NCBI GenBank assembly: GCA_023898485.1
Contig: CP060225.1
Location: 412,824-444,823, forward strand
Direction of reading: 5' to 3'
Origin: Candidatus Peribacteria bacterium
GTDB lineage: Bacteria; Patescibacteriota; Gracilibacteria; Absconditabacterales; Absconditicoccaceae
Length of the DNA stretch: 32,000 bases
Of the stretch, positions 19,365 to 27,925 are shown one piece after another. Within the stretch, counting starts at the first letter, position 1. Each line of letters begins with the position of its first letter. The position numbers were made by a program, and so were the translations under genes. Under the pieces are notes generated by a model. That model was not told the origin of the DNA. It saw only the letters and a program-made list of their open reading frames with translations, and searched no databases.

Positions 19365-19482
19365 AGTTGACAAAAAAGAAAATTATAAAACGATAAGGCA
19401 AAATAATGAAAAAACAACAAAAACATTATGTAGGTGCAACTACTCTAACTATACTCCCATGATATATCCATCACATACATGG

Positions 19483-19671
19483 CGTCGCAAACACGGCCTG
19501 AGAATAACTAGTTTGTTCATGAAGACAGACTAAACAATCAGATTGCGACTGGGTCCCACCGCAGGTGGGGAGGAGTAATCATCCGTAAACCAAATACGAA
19601 AAAATAACTACACAGAAGGCTGTTTGCGACTTGATCTTTTTGGTTACTTTTTCTATCAAGAGAAAAAGTAA
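19483..19671. ncRNA. candidate structured RNA of unknown class (strand unresolved)
   Basis: It lies in a 370-bp convergent intergenic gap, which is unusually long for this dense window. Elements: a 10-bp long-range helix GTCGCAAACA (19484-19493) with TGTTTGCGAC (19621-19630); a GC hairpin CCCACC-gcag-GTGGGG (19555-19570); and the hairpin/pseudoknot module at 19629-19670. I found no motifs of tmRNA, RNase P, SRP or tRNA. Confidence 0.3.
19618..19671. repeat. copy B of the conserved hairpin/pseudoknot module (intergenic)
   Basis: GGCTGTTTGCGACTTGAT-ctttttggt-TACTTTTTCT-ATCAAG-AGAAAAAGTA. It has a 10-bp stem with loop ATCAAG. The upstream CTTGAT is complementary to that loop. Confidence 0.6.
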
Positions 19672-19673
19672 CA

Positions 19674-19709
19674 ATAAAAAAATAAAAATCCCACACTTGC
19701 GTGCAGGAT
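19674..19709 (-). terminator. intrinsic terminator of the 19735-20307 gene (conserved terminator family)
   Basis: Minus-strand RNA is AUCCUGCAC-GCAA-GUGUGGGAU (GNRA loop) followed by UUUUUAUUUUUUUAUU. The stem arms are identical to those of the copy at 22263-22284. Confidence 0.75.
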
Positions 19710-19734
19710 TCTCATAGAACTAGAAAAATTAATC

Positions 19735-20307
19735 TTAATATAACACATAATCAAAAGGAAATATAACACCTTCAATAGGAATAAGTGGATTACTGATATA
19801 AAGATATGATCCATCATCTAAGATATAATAATACCAGTGTGGGTATATTCAATACGTCTCAATATCTTCTATAATAGCACCTCTTGTCGTACTATCAGCT
19901 ACGATAGAATCAGCAAAATCACTATACACGACATATTGTGGAGCCTGATCAGAGACAACAGCTACCCATGAGCATGTATCCAAGCCACTCACTTCCTGAT
20001 TGGTGCAAACCTCATACACAGTACCACTCAGATGTAACACATCGTCATCATACACACTACCGGTCATTTGTTTTGCCGTAAATATAGGGAACATCCACAG
20101 CATGTCATCAGACATATTATCTATTGCGTCATCTATCATAACTTCCTCCTCAGAGTCAGATGACATATCTGATAAGTCTACGTATGAATTCGAAGCACTA
20201 TCTGCCCAGTCCATTACTATGTTTTCTGGATCAGCCCAGAGATATGCAAGACCCAATCAGACACCAATTCCTAACAAGAATAACAACCATGTTGCAATAC
20301 GATTCAT
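19735..20307 (-). CDS. hypothetical secreted/membrane-anchored acidic protein
   Basis: MNRIATWLLFLLGIGV[G]LGLAYLWADP.. (N-terminal hydrophobic anchor), then an Asp/Ser-rich region. The TGA at 19849-19851 is read through (..IETY[G]IYPHWYYYILDDGSYLYISNPL..) to the TAA at 19735-19737. Confidence 0.55.
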
Positions 20308-20338
20308 ATTTTTATTTAAATACATAATAAAACAAGAA

Positions 20339-20731
20339 TTATTCTATTTCTCCCAATACTACTGTCTCTCATTCCAATTCCATCTTCTCCCATGTGTCAC
20401 GGAGTTTAGGCTCAGTGAAGATCCATGTATCTACCTCATCAGGAAGCTCATCAGTCTGGAGATATTTTTTGGTCTGACACAATACCGAAGTCGTACTAGC
20501 CGTAATGATACTATAGTTCAGCTCACCATCCTGTGATACCCAGACACGATATTGCACACCATCGATATCATACTCACCAGGGTATGAGATCACTCACGAT
20601 ACCACATCATACTCCATATCACTACCGATATGCGACATCAGTGATACATACGCACTATCATGTGTGAGTGGAGCCCAAAGTGTCTTCTGACCTATTTTAT
20701 ACCCATTATCTGTCTTTTTTACCTGTACCAT
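20339..20731 (-). CDS. hypothetical protein
   Basis: MVQVKKTDNGYKIGQKTLWAPLTHDSAYVSLMSHIGSDMEYDVVS[G]VISYPGEYDIDGVQYRVWVSQDGELNY..KMELE[G]ETVVLGEIE. An in-frame TAA lies upstream of the ATG. Two in-frame TGAs. TAA stop at 20339-20341. I recognise no family with confidence. Confidence 0.5.
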
Positions 20732-20797
20732 TACGATTATTTACAAAGAAACAAAACTACTTACTCTATTTACTCTTTTTGCGCGATTTACGCTTTA

Positions 20798-21571
20798 TTA
20801 TCCAAAGAAGACTGGATTAATCAGTCTCAGGATGATACCAGAAGCACCGAGCAATACAAGCGAAAGTATCACTCTCCTCATCATCTTCTTACCCTGCTCT
20901 GCATCACCACTCGTCCACATCACACCTGATACGACGAGAAGTACTATCGAACCGACCAAAATCAGCGTCATCACAATATTGGCAAGTGCTCTCATCAGAC
21001 GAGGAAACGCTGTTGCTGTGCCTGCTTGCGTATTACCTTCCAAACCATCTAATTGATTAATACATCTTCCTACAAAAGGGACATCAGTATTGAGTTTCAC
21101 CCCACAACAAAAATCTTTTTCATCAAACTTTGCACCATTTTTTCAGGCAGCCTTATCTGCTGGATTAGCTGCACCTATATAATCACAACCCATATGAACC
21201 TCCTCACCATTAATCTCACCATTAAACCACATACAATAAGTATCATTATTACTACCTACAGAATAAGTTCCACCATAGTAAGTAATTGTTTTAGCTGTAA
21301 TGAGATTAAATTGAGCATCCTTACTACTGCCACCCTTTGCCCCTAAGCAAGAACGAATACCAGTACATGCATCTACACATGCTTGTATATTTGAGCCAGC
21401 TGGTCCAGCAATAATGGTATTCGTACAGGCATCCATGCAGGATGTAGCACAAGAAGAACCAGATGGACAGTTTTGAGCACTTCATCATGTCTGTGCAAAA
21501 GCACCCATACCGCCCAATACAATAATCCCAAGCATAATGCCCAAAATACGATACAACATCTCCAAAAACAT
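20798..21571 (-). CDS. secreted Cys-rich protein with a C-terminal two-TM module resembling CPR T4SS-pilin (TrbC/VirB2-like) proteins
   Basis: Signal peptide MFLEMLYRILGIMLGIIVLGGMGAFAQT[G][G]S.., a Cys-rich region (CPSGSSCATSCMDACTN..ACVDACTGIRSC), then a C-terminus ..AFPRLMRALANIVMTLILVGSIVLLVVSGVMWTSGDAEQGKKMMRRVILSLVLLGASGIILRLINPVFFG (TM, polar loop, TM). In-frame TGAs join track ORFs 21143..21436 and 20798..21100. The ATG overlaps the yqeY-like TAA (TAATG). The functional call is tentative. Confidence 0.55.
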
Positions 21572-22002
21572 TAAACTAAAACACTATCCAATACTATTTG
21601 CAATCTAGCAGGATCTATCACTGCTCTGTGGTCTTTCATGAGTGTGCCGATGATCTTCCCTCTATTACTCTGGATCAGTTCCATACCACTCTGCTGAATA
21701 AGTGCACGAAGATTATCATCAGACAGCATCTGCGGCAAATACCCTTCGAGTACGTTTATCTTCTGCTGTTCGTCAGCAACTTCATCATCTCTTCCGGCAC
21801 TGATATAGAGTTGTTGAGTTTCACGGACTGACTTGATCTCCTTTTTTATCATTTGGATGACGGTCTCTTCACTCAGTTCTGGCTCATCGATCTCGCGTTG
21901 CTGGATAGCAGCAAGCACCAAGCTCAGCACATCCTTGATAGGAGTCTGTTTCTCTTTCATTGCTTGGATACGGTCTTGCTTCATCTGAACTACCAATCAC
22001 AT
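21571..22002 (-). CDS. GatB/YqeY-domain protein
   Basis: M[G]LVVQMKQDRIQAMKEKQTPIKDVLSLVLAAIQQREID..IKKEIKSVRETQQLY..INVLEGYLPQMLSDDNLRALI..NRGKIIGTLMKDHRAVIDPARLQIVL has the typical YqeY layout. ATG at 22002-22000 followed by TGA. TAA stop at 21571-21573. Confidence 0.8.
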
Positions 22003-22085
22003 AGTCACATCCCACGAGATAAATATGCCTCCACTCTAGCCAAAAGCGACTTCGTTGCAACATTATCTTTTCTCCCTATCTTGAC

Positions 22086-22113
22086 TTGCAATGAGTATCA
22101 TAATCTCTATACA
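22086..22113 (+). promoter_or_regulatory. candidate promoter of tRNA-Leu(GAG): TTGCAA, 16-nt spacer, TATACA
   Basis: TTGCAA at 22086-22091 (overlapping TTGACT at 22081-22086) and TATACA at 22108-22113, about 20 nt upstream of the tRNA. Confidence 0.35.
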
Positions 22114-22133
22114 TACGTCCACGTCATCGCTAC

Positions 22134-22221
22134 GCTGGGGTGATGGAATTGGTAGACATGCACGCTTGAGGGGCGTGTGGGCAACTTGCCCGTGGGGGTT
22201 CAACTCCCCCTCCCAGCACCA
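22134..22221 (+). tRNA. tRNA-Leu (anticodon GAG), type II, with encoded CCA
   Basis: Acceptor GCTGGGG/TCCCAGC, the same D-arm as the other Leu tRNA (TGATGGAATTGGTAGACATG), anticodon stem CACGC/GCGTG with loop TT-GAG-GG, long variable arm, T-arm GGGGG-TTCAACT-CCCCC, then A73-CCA. Confidence 0.85.
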
Positions 22222-22225
22222 CTTG

Positions 22226-22249
22226 ATACTCTATTTAAGAGTATTTTTT
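22226..22249 (+). terminator. intrinsic terminator after tRNA-Leu(GAG)
   Basis: ATACTCT-attta-AGAGTAT followed by TTTTTTG. Confidence 0.6.
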
Positions 22250-22256
22250 GTTAGTA

Positions 22257-22284
22257 GAAAAAATCCCACACGCTCGTGCAGGAT
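22257..22284 (-). terminator. intrinsic terminator of the sigma4/HTH gene (conserved terminator family)
   Basis: Minus-strand RNA is AUCCUGCAC-GAGC-GUGUGGGAU followed by UUUUUUCU, 20 nt downstream of the TAA at 22304-22306. Confidence 0.75.
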
Positions 22285-22303
22285 ATGTTTTATGATGAAA
22301 TTA

Positions 22304-23392
22304 TTATTTCTTCAGCTGATAGACTCCTTTGTCTGTTCTTTCGAAGAGTTCTTTATGTTTCTGGAGATTGAGCAAGACTGTATTTGCACTTGCCATCTTC
22401 TCTTTGAGAAGCTCTCTGCAAATCTCTTTGACCGTCATAGGTCTATCGTTTTCATCCAAGATTCTGACAATAATATCTTTGACCAGACCCCCTTCATATC
22501 CCCACTCCTTGAGTGCGTACGTACCGAGACCAACATTCACAAAAACATCACTATTTTTCACCAATTCATTGTGAACGGTATTTACTTTGATATTTTTCCC
22601 AGGAAACCATTCCATGATCTTAGCTGGAAGTTCTTGATAGTGCAGTGGTTTTTTTGCTTTTCTCAGTGTATAGAGTACTTTGAGTTTCACTGTTTTGATG
22701 TTGATATCATCAAACGTATCCAAACCAACTTTCCCATCAAAGACCATCAAACCTCTCACAATGGTGAAGAAATTCATATAGAATGCGTCATCTCTGAAGA
22801 ATTCTACTTCATCGTATTCTTTACCAAACTTGTCTTTCATAAATGCTACAAATTCGTAGAGATTCTGACTCTCTTGTCTCTTGGTAAAATAATCTACCAC
22901 AAAGATAGACATAGTAGTCAGTAGGTCCTCATATAATGGGTCAATATAGAATGCCTTATCAAGATTTCTATTTCTCTTCAGATAAGAAATGGTAAAATCA
23001 GACACCAAGATGAGTTTGATCTCCTGAAACGTAAACGTGAAAGCAGGATTATTGACCAATTTTGTAATAAGTGTTTTTTCTGGCAAAATACCACCATTTT
23101 GACTTAATACTTTGTTCGCCTCTTCCAGCAGAGAAATATACTTTTTGTTTCCAACGATCAATCTGCGGAATCTCATCAGAGCCTGTGTTTCTACTTGGCG
23201 AACGCGCTCACGGGTCAGATTAAATCTTTTTCCTATTCTTTGGAGAGGTATTTCTTTCCCATCTTTGAGACCAAATTTTTGCAAAAGCACTAGTTGCTCC
23301 TTGGGTTTGCAATATTGCAAAACATCTTGAAGCTGAGTAATACTCAAATCTACATCGATGGATTTATCATCCATTTTGGTATTAAAATTCAT
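22304..23392 (-). CDS. DNA-binding protein with a sigma-70 region-4-like HTH and C-terminal HARE-HTH/winged-helix domains
   Basis: ..LKPKEQLVLLQKFGLKDGKEIPLQRIGKRFNLTRERVRQVETQALMRFRRL (region-4 signature), then later ..KKPLHYQELPAKIMEWFPGKNIKVNTVHNELVKNSDVFVNVGLGTYALKEW.. and ..RPMTVKEICRELL..KGVYQLKK. The start is placed at MNFNTK (23392) because a TTGACA promoter lies inside the longer track ORF. No internal TGA. TAA stop. Confidence 0.7.
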   Translation of the reverse strand: MNFNTKMDDKSIDVDLSITQLQDVLQYCKPKEQLVLLQKFGLKDGKEIPLQRIGKRFNLTRERVRQVETQALMRFRRLIVGNKKYISLLEEANKVLSQNGGILPEKTLITKLVNNPAFTFTFQEIKLILVSDFTISYLKRNRNLDKAFYIDPLYEDLLTTMSIFVVDYFTKRQESQNLYEFVAFMKDKFGKEYDEVEFFRDDAFYMNFFTIVRGLMVFDGKVGLDTFDDINIKTVKLKVLYTLRKAKKPLHYQELPAKIMEWFPGKNIKVNTVHNELVKNSDVFVNVGLGTYALKEWGYEGGLVKDIIVRILDENDRPMTVKEICRELLKEKMASANTVLLNLQKHKELFERTDKGVYQLKK

Positions 23393-23429
23393 AAGAGTTT
23401 CGTCTATATGATATAAACATGTTATCACT

Positions 23430-23457
23430 ATACTACCAAACAAGAATACAATGTCAA
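23430..23457 (-). promoter_or_regulatory. promoter: TTGACA, 16-nt spacer, TAGTAT (or 19-nt spacer, TATAGT) on the minus strand
   Basis: On the minus strand, TTGACA (23457-23452) and TAGTAT (23435-23430), about 40 nt upstream of the ATG at 23392. Confidence 0.5.
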
Positions 23458-23495
23458 GCAAATGTTGTGCCAAAAATACAATCGAATCTTGACGC

Positions 23496-24581
23496 TTAGG
23501 TAGCGAATTTGAATATGATTACGTCCCCATCCTGTACGATATACTCCTTGCCTTGTAGTTTCAATTTCCCATGTTCTTTCGCTTGGTTCCATCATCCAGT
23601 AGCTACTAAATCATCATACGACACTACCTCTGCCTTGATAAATCCGCGTTCAAAATCTTTGTGAATAGCAGCTGCTGCCTGTGGCGCAGTACTTCCCTGA
23701 CGAACCGTCCAGGCTCTGGTCTCTTTGATTCCTGTGGTGAAGTAATACATCAGACCCACTTCACGAAAAGCGAGAGCAATCAGATCATCCAGTGTCGGTA
23801 CATCACCATACTCTTCCAGTAACATTTTCCTCTCATCATCATCCATTTCTATCATCTCCGATTCTAATTTTGCACACACGACAGCAGTTGGCTTACCAAA
23901 CCTCTGTTCAAAATCTGCTTGGATAGCCCTCGCCTGACTGAGTTCTGACTCCCCCACATTCATCGCATAGACGAACGGCTTATTGGTCAGGAAATTATAA
24001 GTTTTCAGATATTTCTTCTCATCTTTGGTCAGATCACCCTGGAGATCATAGATGAGCTTCCTATCCTCAAGCAGTGCTTTTGCGCTTTCGAGCACTTTCA
24101 TCTCTTCGAGTGTCTCTTTGTCGCCACTTTTGGCTTTGCGCTGGAGTTGAGGGAGTTTCTTTTCTATTTGTTCCAAATCTGATAAAATCAATTCAGTAGT
24201 AATAATATCCTCATCCCTGATGGGATCTACTTCTCCTTCGACATGATTGATATCTGCGTCTTTGAAGTGTCTCAACACTTGCACGATCGCATCCACCTCA
24301 CGAATATGGCTCAAGAATGCATTTCCCATCCCTTCGCCCTGTGATGCGCCCTTTACCAGACCAGCAATATCCACGAACTTGATCGTCGCAGGGATAATTT
24401 TCTGAGTCTGTGAAATCTCCGCCAAAGTCTGCAATCTCGGATCATTCACATCTACTACCCCAATATTCGGATCTATCGTACAGAATGGAAAATTCGCCGC
24501 ATCCGCCGCATACGACTTCGTCAACGCATTAAACAATGTCGACTTCCCTACATTTGGAAGTCCTACAATACCTATTTTCAT
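23496..24581 (-). CDS. ychF: redox-regulated ribosome-binding ATPase YchF
   Basis: [21 protein letters not shown].. (G1) ..[10 protein letters not shown].. ..YDDLVATG[TGA=G][31 protein letters not shown]. Reading TGA 23592-23594 as Gly restores the canonical YchF C-terminal TGS/beta-grasp end. TAA stop at 23496-23498. Confidence 0.95.
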
Positions 24582-24625
24582 TGTACCAAACTATAATCAA
24601 ACACTAAAATAATACTTGCTACCTG

Positions 24626-25939
24626 TTACTTGCTACCTATAGCATGTTCTAATTCCTCTTTTTCACTCCACTTCTCACGCCCAAATTGTGTCAGCATCAC
24701 TTCTTCATGACCTTTTCCTGCTAAGAAAACGATATCACCAGACCCCGCTTCACGTGTGAGAAACGATATCGCGTCACGTCTCTGAGGCAGGATAAAGAGC
24801 CCATTTCCTATCTTCTTCTGTTTGATACCACTCGCGACATCACTCATGATCGCAAAACGATTTTCTGACCCAGGATCTTCATCTGCTAGCACGACAACAT
24901 CTGCATATTTGTCCAGAAGTGCTCACATCTTAGGACGTTTTGCCTTGTCACGACCGTCACCCATTGCACCTGACAGGATCAGGAGTCTGCCTCCTTTTTT
25001 GAGAGAGTTCAGATAGCGAAGTGTCTTCTCTAGTGCGTCTTCTGTATGCGCATAATCGATGAAATAGTGAGCTCCATTCGCTTCATACTCATCCATACGA
25101 CCTGTCACACCCTGGATAGTGGCAACTGTCTTGATAGCAGCTTCCAGCGGCACACCGAGCATCGTCACTGCACTCAGCGCTGCCAGGATATTGTTGATAT
25201 TGTATGCGCCACGAAGTGACGTCTGTAGCGGATATGATTCTTGGAGATAGTTGACAGTAGCTGTCGTACCATCCACTCATTCTATGATATTCGTCCCCAT
25301 GACCGATGCTTGACCTGCGATACCATACGTAATTTTTTCATCGAAAAGGAATTCATCATACCACTGACGACCCGTCGCGTCATCCTTGGGGAAGACAGCA
25401 TATGTCTTACCTTTGCGATTGGCTGCTGTCTGGACGAAGAGTTTTTTCTTGGCAGCAACATAGGATTCTCGTCCGCCATGATATTCCAGGTGATCATTCG
25501 TGATATTGGTCAAGATCGCCATATCGAAATCGATTCACTCAAACCTATGCTGATCCAGTCCATGCGATGTCACTTCAATCACCGCCACCTGACAACCTTC
25601 ATTTTTCGCTTGGCGAAACACTTTTTGGAGTGCAAATGGATCCAGTGAACTCATCTTGGAAGCATTGAGAGAAGACTGATCACCGATACGAATCTTAGCC
25701 GTACTGACCGAAAATGTCTTCCCCACATGCGCCTGGAGGAGGTCATGAAGCACATTGACCGTGGTGGTCTTACCATTTGTACCCGTCACTCCGATCACAA
25801 AAAAATCACCCGACGGATGTCCAAACCACACATTAGCTAGACGAGCGCTGAGTGTCTTTTGCAATTTCGAGAGTGAGCTGTGTTGTCGCAGTGGAGCCCA
25901 CTTATCATAGAAAAATAATGTTTTGAGAAAAGCTTTCAT
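24626..25939 (-). CDS. murE: Mur ligase family protein, MurE-like (short N-terminal domain)
   Basis: ..FFVIGVTGTNGKTTT.. ..AVIEVTSHGLDQHRFE[G]IDFDMAILTNITNDHLEYHG.. ..HYFIDYAHTEDALEKTL..GGRLLILSGAMGDGRDKAKRPKM[G]ALLDKYADVVVLADEDPGSENR..IVFLAGKGHEEVM. Three in-frame TGAs join four track ORFs. AGGAG lies 5 nt upstream of the ATG at 25939. TAA stop. Confidence 0.8.
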
Positions 25940-25978
25940 TAGACTCCTACACAAGCAGTAAAACATCCATTATGACAT

Positions 25979-26006
25979 AACATACATAAGGTGATGAATA
26001 TTGCAA
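25979..26006 (-). promoter_or_regulatory. candidate promoter: TTGCAA, 16-nt spacer, TATGTT (minus strand)
   Basis: TTGCAA (26006-26001) and TATGTT (25984-25979), upstream of the MurE-like gene. Confidence 0.35.
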
Positions 26007-26065
26007 TGCTTTCTCTTGGTTAGCAAGTTATGAGCATTATATTTGTAAACTGTGAACAAGTATTA

Positions 26066-27676
26066 TTATTTTCTCATCGCCATCCTCTCGGCATGTCTCA
26101 CATCAGGATGTTTTCTGGGCAATGGAAGGTTGTGTTTTGTATAAAAATCTATCTCCTGTGGTATCAGACGGAAAAGCTTCCCACTCACTTCACATCTGAT
26201 CGCATAGCGTAGGATATCACTGAGAAATTCAGGCTTCTTCTCCTGTATCGTCGCACAGCCATACTCAGGCAGTTTCTCTCCAGGGATGATCTTGTCTACT
26301 TGGGGTTGTGGTGCTTCGTAGGTACTCCACTGATATCACCAATCTGGTAAACTGTTATCCTGGTAAGTTGTTATGCTCTCCACTGGATAATACTCATTCG
26401 CCACCGTCTCATTATATCCGAATGGACTCAGCGATGGATGGAAAAACTCACCTCGCTCTCCGGTCTGTTTCATATGATCGATGATTTTGGGAGCAAGTTC
26501 ATTGTATTCTTCTTTGGTGTATTGCTGATTGAAGATGCAGTATTCTTTGTTGCGGAGACCGTCGCAACCAAAACAATGCACACAACTTGTACAATGAAAA
26601 CTATACAGTACGTCACTAGCATTATTATCAATATTACAATTAAACAATAATCACGAAACATTATCACCTATTGCAACATCTTCATAACAAAGTTGACTAT
26701 TCTGACCCCAGGCATACACATCAAAACAGTCTGTAGAGTCATACAACCATGCTACATAAGAACAGTCCTCTAAATTACGCACATTATATCATTTCTGCAC
26801 TCTTGTGCTATTGTCTATGTGGAGCCCATCCACATTAGTACTAAAAAAATTAGTGTTCTGTTGTTTTCTATTCTTCCACCTGGAAAATGTCTCTAGGTGA
26901 TTAACATTATCCAACAACTTCTGATATTCTTCTTGAGAATATTGTTGATTATCAAAACAATACTTTGCATTGTCTAATCCATCACAATTATAACAGGATT
27001 GACAGTTAGTACAATTCGTCAGAAACCAAGAAGATGATGAATTTCTTGTGTTAGAGCAGTATAAAAGACCATAACTATCATAGCAATCCACCAATCCATA
27101 AGAATTTTCACACCTGAAAACCATATAACTATCAACGGTATTTTTACAATCTATAATATAGGCAGAATAAAGAGAATTCTGATTTTGTGAAGCAGAAGAT
27201 GTTAAGTAACAACTTCTCTCATAATTACAACAATTACAATAATCACTATTTTCACCAAAATAATTATAAAGGGAAGGAAAAGGTGTATCCTTTATAAGTT
27301 CTCCAAACTGCTCGGTAAAAGTACGAGAAAAATCAAAATCACGACCATAGTCCATTGGGTCTCGAGCATCAGATCGCCAGATCTTCTGATCATAGACTTT
27401 GTAGGGTTTATCAGGACTATACATAGAAATAATCGGCTTCTTGGATGCGTCACATGTCCTGGTATAGAGCTTCCTCTCATTGCGAAAAGCGAGACGACGA
27501 CGTTGACGACAGTCAGGACAGAGAGTGGGAGTAGGTATCTCTGCGACATAGTCTCCAAACTTCGGAGAAACTTTGGCATAGAAATCCAGATCCTCTTGCA
27601 TGATATCAAAGGATGATGAGCAGTGTCTACATGTTCTTGTCCCGACTTCAGCGGGATTGGTTTCAATGACAGACAT
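26066..27676 (-). CDS. Cys-rich zinc-ribbon repeat protein of unknown function, paralog 1
   Basis: MSVIETNPAEVGTRTCRHCSSSFDIMQEDLDFYAKV..TPTLCPDCRQRRRLAFRNERKLYTRTCD..ISMYSPDKPYKVYDQKIW.. then two Cys-rich modules ending ..CTNCQSCYNCDGLDNAKYCFDNQQYSQEEY.. and ..CTSCVHCFGCDGLRNKEYCIFNQQYTKEEY.., with C-terminus ..IRCEVSGKLFRLIPQEIDFYTKHNLPLPRKHP... Three in-frame TGAs join track ORFs 26789..27712 and 26336..26647 and the tail. TAA-TAA stop at 26066-26068. Confidence 0.75.
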
Positions 27677-27742
27677 GGGAGAAAGGATAAGAGCATAAAA
27701 GTGTAAGAGCATAAGAGGTATATGTGTTGGGAGGATAGGAGT

Positions 27743-27770
27743 ATCATAATGATTTCCTCAATCTTGTCTA
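27743..27770 (-). promoter_or_regulatory. candidate promoter of the Cys-rich gene: TAGACA, 16-nt spacer, TATGAT (minus strand)
   Basis: TAGACA (27770-27765) lies inside one copy of the GATAGACA direct repeat. TATGAT is at 27748-27743. Confidence 0.4.
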
Positions 27771-27891
27771 TCACAAATTGTGTCTATCTGTGCAATGACT
27801 TGCACAACAGAAAGAAATCACTATAAAACAAAAAAACGTTCTCCTTTGGAAAAGGAGGGGCTGCTTGCGGTGGAGGATTTTCTCAATCACA

Positions 27892-27919
27892 GTCACAAGA
27901 TATTTTTGCTCTCTATAAT
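27892..27919 (+). promoter_or_regulatory. candidate promoter of the TrmB-like gene: GTCACA, 16-nt spacer, TATAAT, giving a possibly leaderless mRNA
   Basis: A perfect TATAAT at 27914-27919 ends only 6 nt before the ATG at 27926. Confidence 0.45.
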
Positions 27920-27925
27920 CATTCT

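Noticed and set aside
19406-19507. 33-codon sORF MKKQQKHYVGATTLTILP[G]YIHHIHGVANTA[G]E in the long spacer
   Set aside because: It has only a weak AAGG upstream, no recognisable family, and overlaps the 5' arm of the long-range helix. It is kept only as an alternative explanation in the finding.
19365-19734. Assignment of the long spacer to tmRNA, RNase P RNA, SRP RNA, 6S RNA or a tRNA (e.g. the expected tRNA-Gly-UCA)
   Set aside because: I could find no tRNA-like acceptor/T-arm (GTTCRA), no GGGG..CCACCA tmRNA ends, no GAGGAAAGTCC P4 motif and no SRP domain-IV motif. 6S cannot be excluded by eye, so the region is left as unknown.
22263-22284. The conserved ATCCCACAC..GTGCAGGAT hairpins as plus-strand terminators (of tRNA-Leu(GAG), the candidate RNA and the 16221 gene)
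   Set aside because: On the plus strand the stem has two C.A mismatches and no downstream T-run. On the minus strand those positions are G.U pairs followed by a U-tract, and each copy sits just downstream of a minus-strand stop codon.
22304-23473. The full-length track ORF start (MAQHLLDIVFLFGSIV..) for the sigma4/HTH protein
   Set aside because: The first 27 codons contain a good TTGACA-N16-TAGTAT promoter and look non-coding, so the start was moved to MNFNTK at 23392.
24614-24636. The 10-mer ACTTGCTACC, tandem at 24614 and 24627, again at 12531, with TGCTACC variants at 13279 and 13317, as a regulatory motif
   Set aside because: Exact 10-mer recurrences are expected by chance in 32 kb of biased sequence. 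Most copies are inside coding sequence (encoding ..GSK..), and I see no consistent position relative to genes.
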